A stretch of DNA of 49,732 nucleotides from Octopus sinensis. Its lineage: Eukaryota. Where the stretch lies: assembly GCF_006345805.1 (NCBI RefSeq), contig NW_021833852.1, forward strand, positions 1-49,732, read 5' to 3'. Under the pieces are notes generated by a model that worked only from the letters and a program-made list of their open reading frames with translations, had not been told where the DNA came from and did not search any database. Shown here in pieces: positions 48,800 through 49,732 of the stretch (positions are counted from its first letter, which is position 1; each line of letters begins with the position of its first letter). The position numbers and the translations under genes were made by a program.

Positions 48800-49732
48800 T
48801 CAATAAAAACCTCTTTAATATTTCCATCGACTAAACGTAAATCAATATCAAACGTTGTAAAAATTAATTTCAAATCAATCTTTCACAATTCTAGAAAAAT
48901 AGTTATTTACTCCTTTTTCGAAGAAATGTTAAATGTGCATAAATAAGGTCGATTATTTTTCAGGTTTCAAATCCATCTATTTTAACAGATCTTCCTTCAC
49001 AATATTCAAACATAGTAAAATTATTCATTTAACTTTTTCATTCCACAGTTGTAACTTCATAATAAAGGCACTAATATTTAATATTAAACAGTTAGAAATT
49101 AATTTATGTAAAAAATCGAATAGTTTTACGCCTTCCTTGAAGCTATTTGTTGAGTGAATTTAAACAAGAAAAACATCCCCCAAGTAGGCAACTTTGGAAA
49201 GCCATGAACGATCCATCAATTTCAAAATACATTCCGATGATTGGAATTATTTTCATGATTAAAATATTCAGATAATTTATTCATCAAAAACAAATCTGGG
49301 AAGAATGTTTCCCCGAGATAGCTATATCACTTTAGCGTAGAATAAAAGTTTTTAAGCCCCTTTCGAATTCTTCAAAATTAGTCTGAAAATACGAGAATGT
49401 AAAGCACTATTTTAAAATAATTTACGATATATGGACATCATGGATAACATTTCTTAAATCTGAATGTAATGTTTTTGCAGCTAGTGCATACCGATGTAGC
49501 ATACAATGAAAATGTTTCGTTTTCCTCGCTTGAGCCCTAAAGCCAGAATGATAGGCAAAAATTGTTAGTGCTCCGTCGGTTGTGAAACAACATGTACATT
49601 GTTCAAAAATAACCCAGCATTCTAAAAAAACGTATAAATTGCTTTAAAAATATTTTCTCGTTTAGTGTTCATTCAAGCGAATGGGAAAATAAAAATTATT
49701 CTTTAAAATCTTCATTTCAATTTATCATTCAG
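48800..49732 (-). mobile_element. Decayed hAT (Buster-like) transposase, continues beyond the window
   Basis: TTDGALT...HSGFRA...HCMLHRYALAAKTL, FYAKVI*LSRG, WLSKVAYLGDVF, ISAFIMKLQLW. Confidence 0.75.

Noticed and set aside
1-49732. Prokaryotic or viral origin, operons, defence systems
   Set aside because: Spliceosomal introns, animal gene families and eukaryotic transposons occur throughout, and no prokaryotic gene was recognised.

Overview
AT-rich eukaryotic nuclear DNA from an animal-type genome with extremely short spliceosomal introns, mostly 22-31 nt. Metazoan-type genes (torsin, VRK, CCDC169-like) plus MRPL20 argue against microsporidia or an mtDNA-less myxozoan. The intron sizes fit a miniaturised parasite such as a dicyemid or orthonectid, but the taxon cannot be fixed from this window. 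Nine host genes can be reconstructed by hand: MRPL20, an SLC5 symporter, NAA25, a SMYD, SUCO, FTSJ1, torsin, VRK and CCDC169-like. They sit in tight clusters separated by dense, nested transposon islands (Tc1/mariner, pogo/Tigger, several hAT, RTE and other LINE relics, five CRE-clade pieces, a Helitron). The best-resolved structure is a full-length CRE-clade RT-RLE retrotransposon with an N-terminal PHD finger (40044-45671, 11-bp TSD, poly(A)). It is split by a canonical non-autonomous Helitron (41959-44536) carrying a ~95-bp x15 tandem array, and excising the Helitron restores the reading frame exactly. Other leads: a TSD-flanked retroelement fragment resembling microsporidian retroelements (possible horizontal transfer), an intron inside a hAT transposase, a 15-nt GT-AG versus 27-nt GC-AG intron ambiguity, several stop-free 3n introns, a SMYD lacking catalytic motifs, and a 183-codon frame interrupted only by TGA. 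Many single-base frameshifts fall in homopolymers inside otherwise intact genes, so part of the apparent decay is probably assembly error. All protein identifications come from motif recognition by eye; no searches were run.
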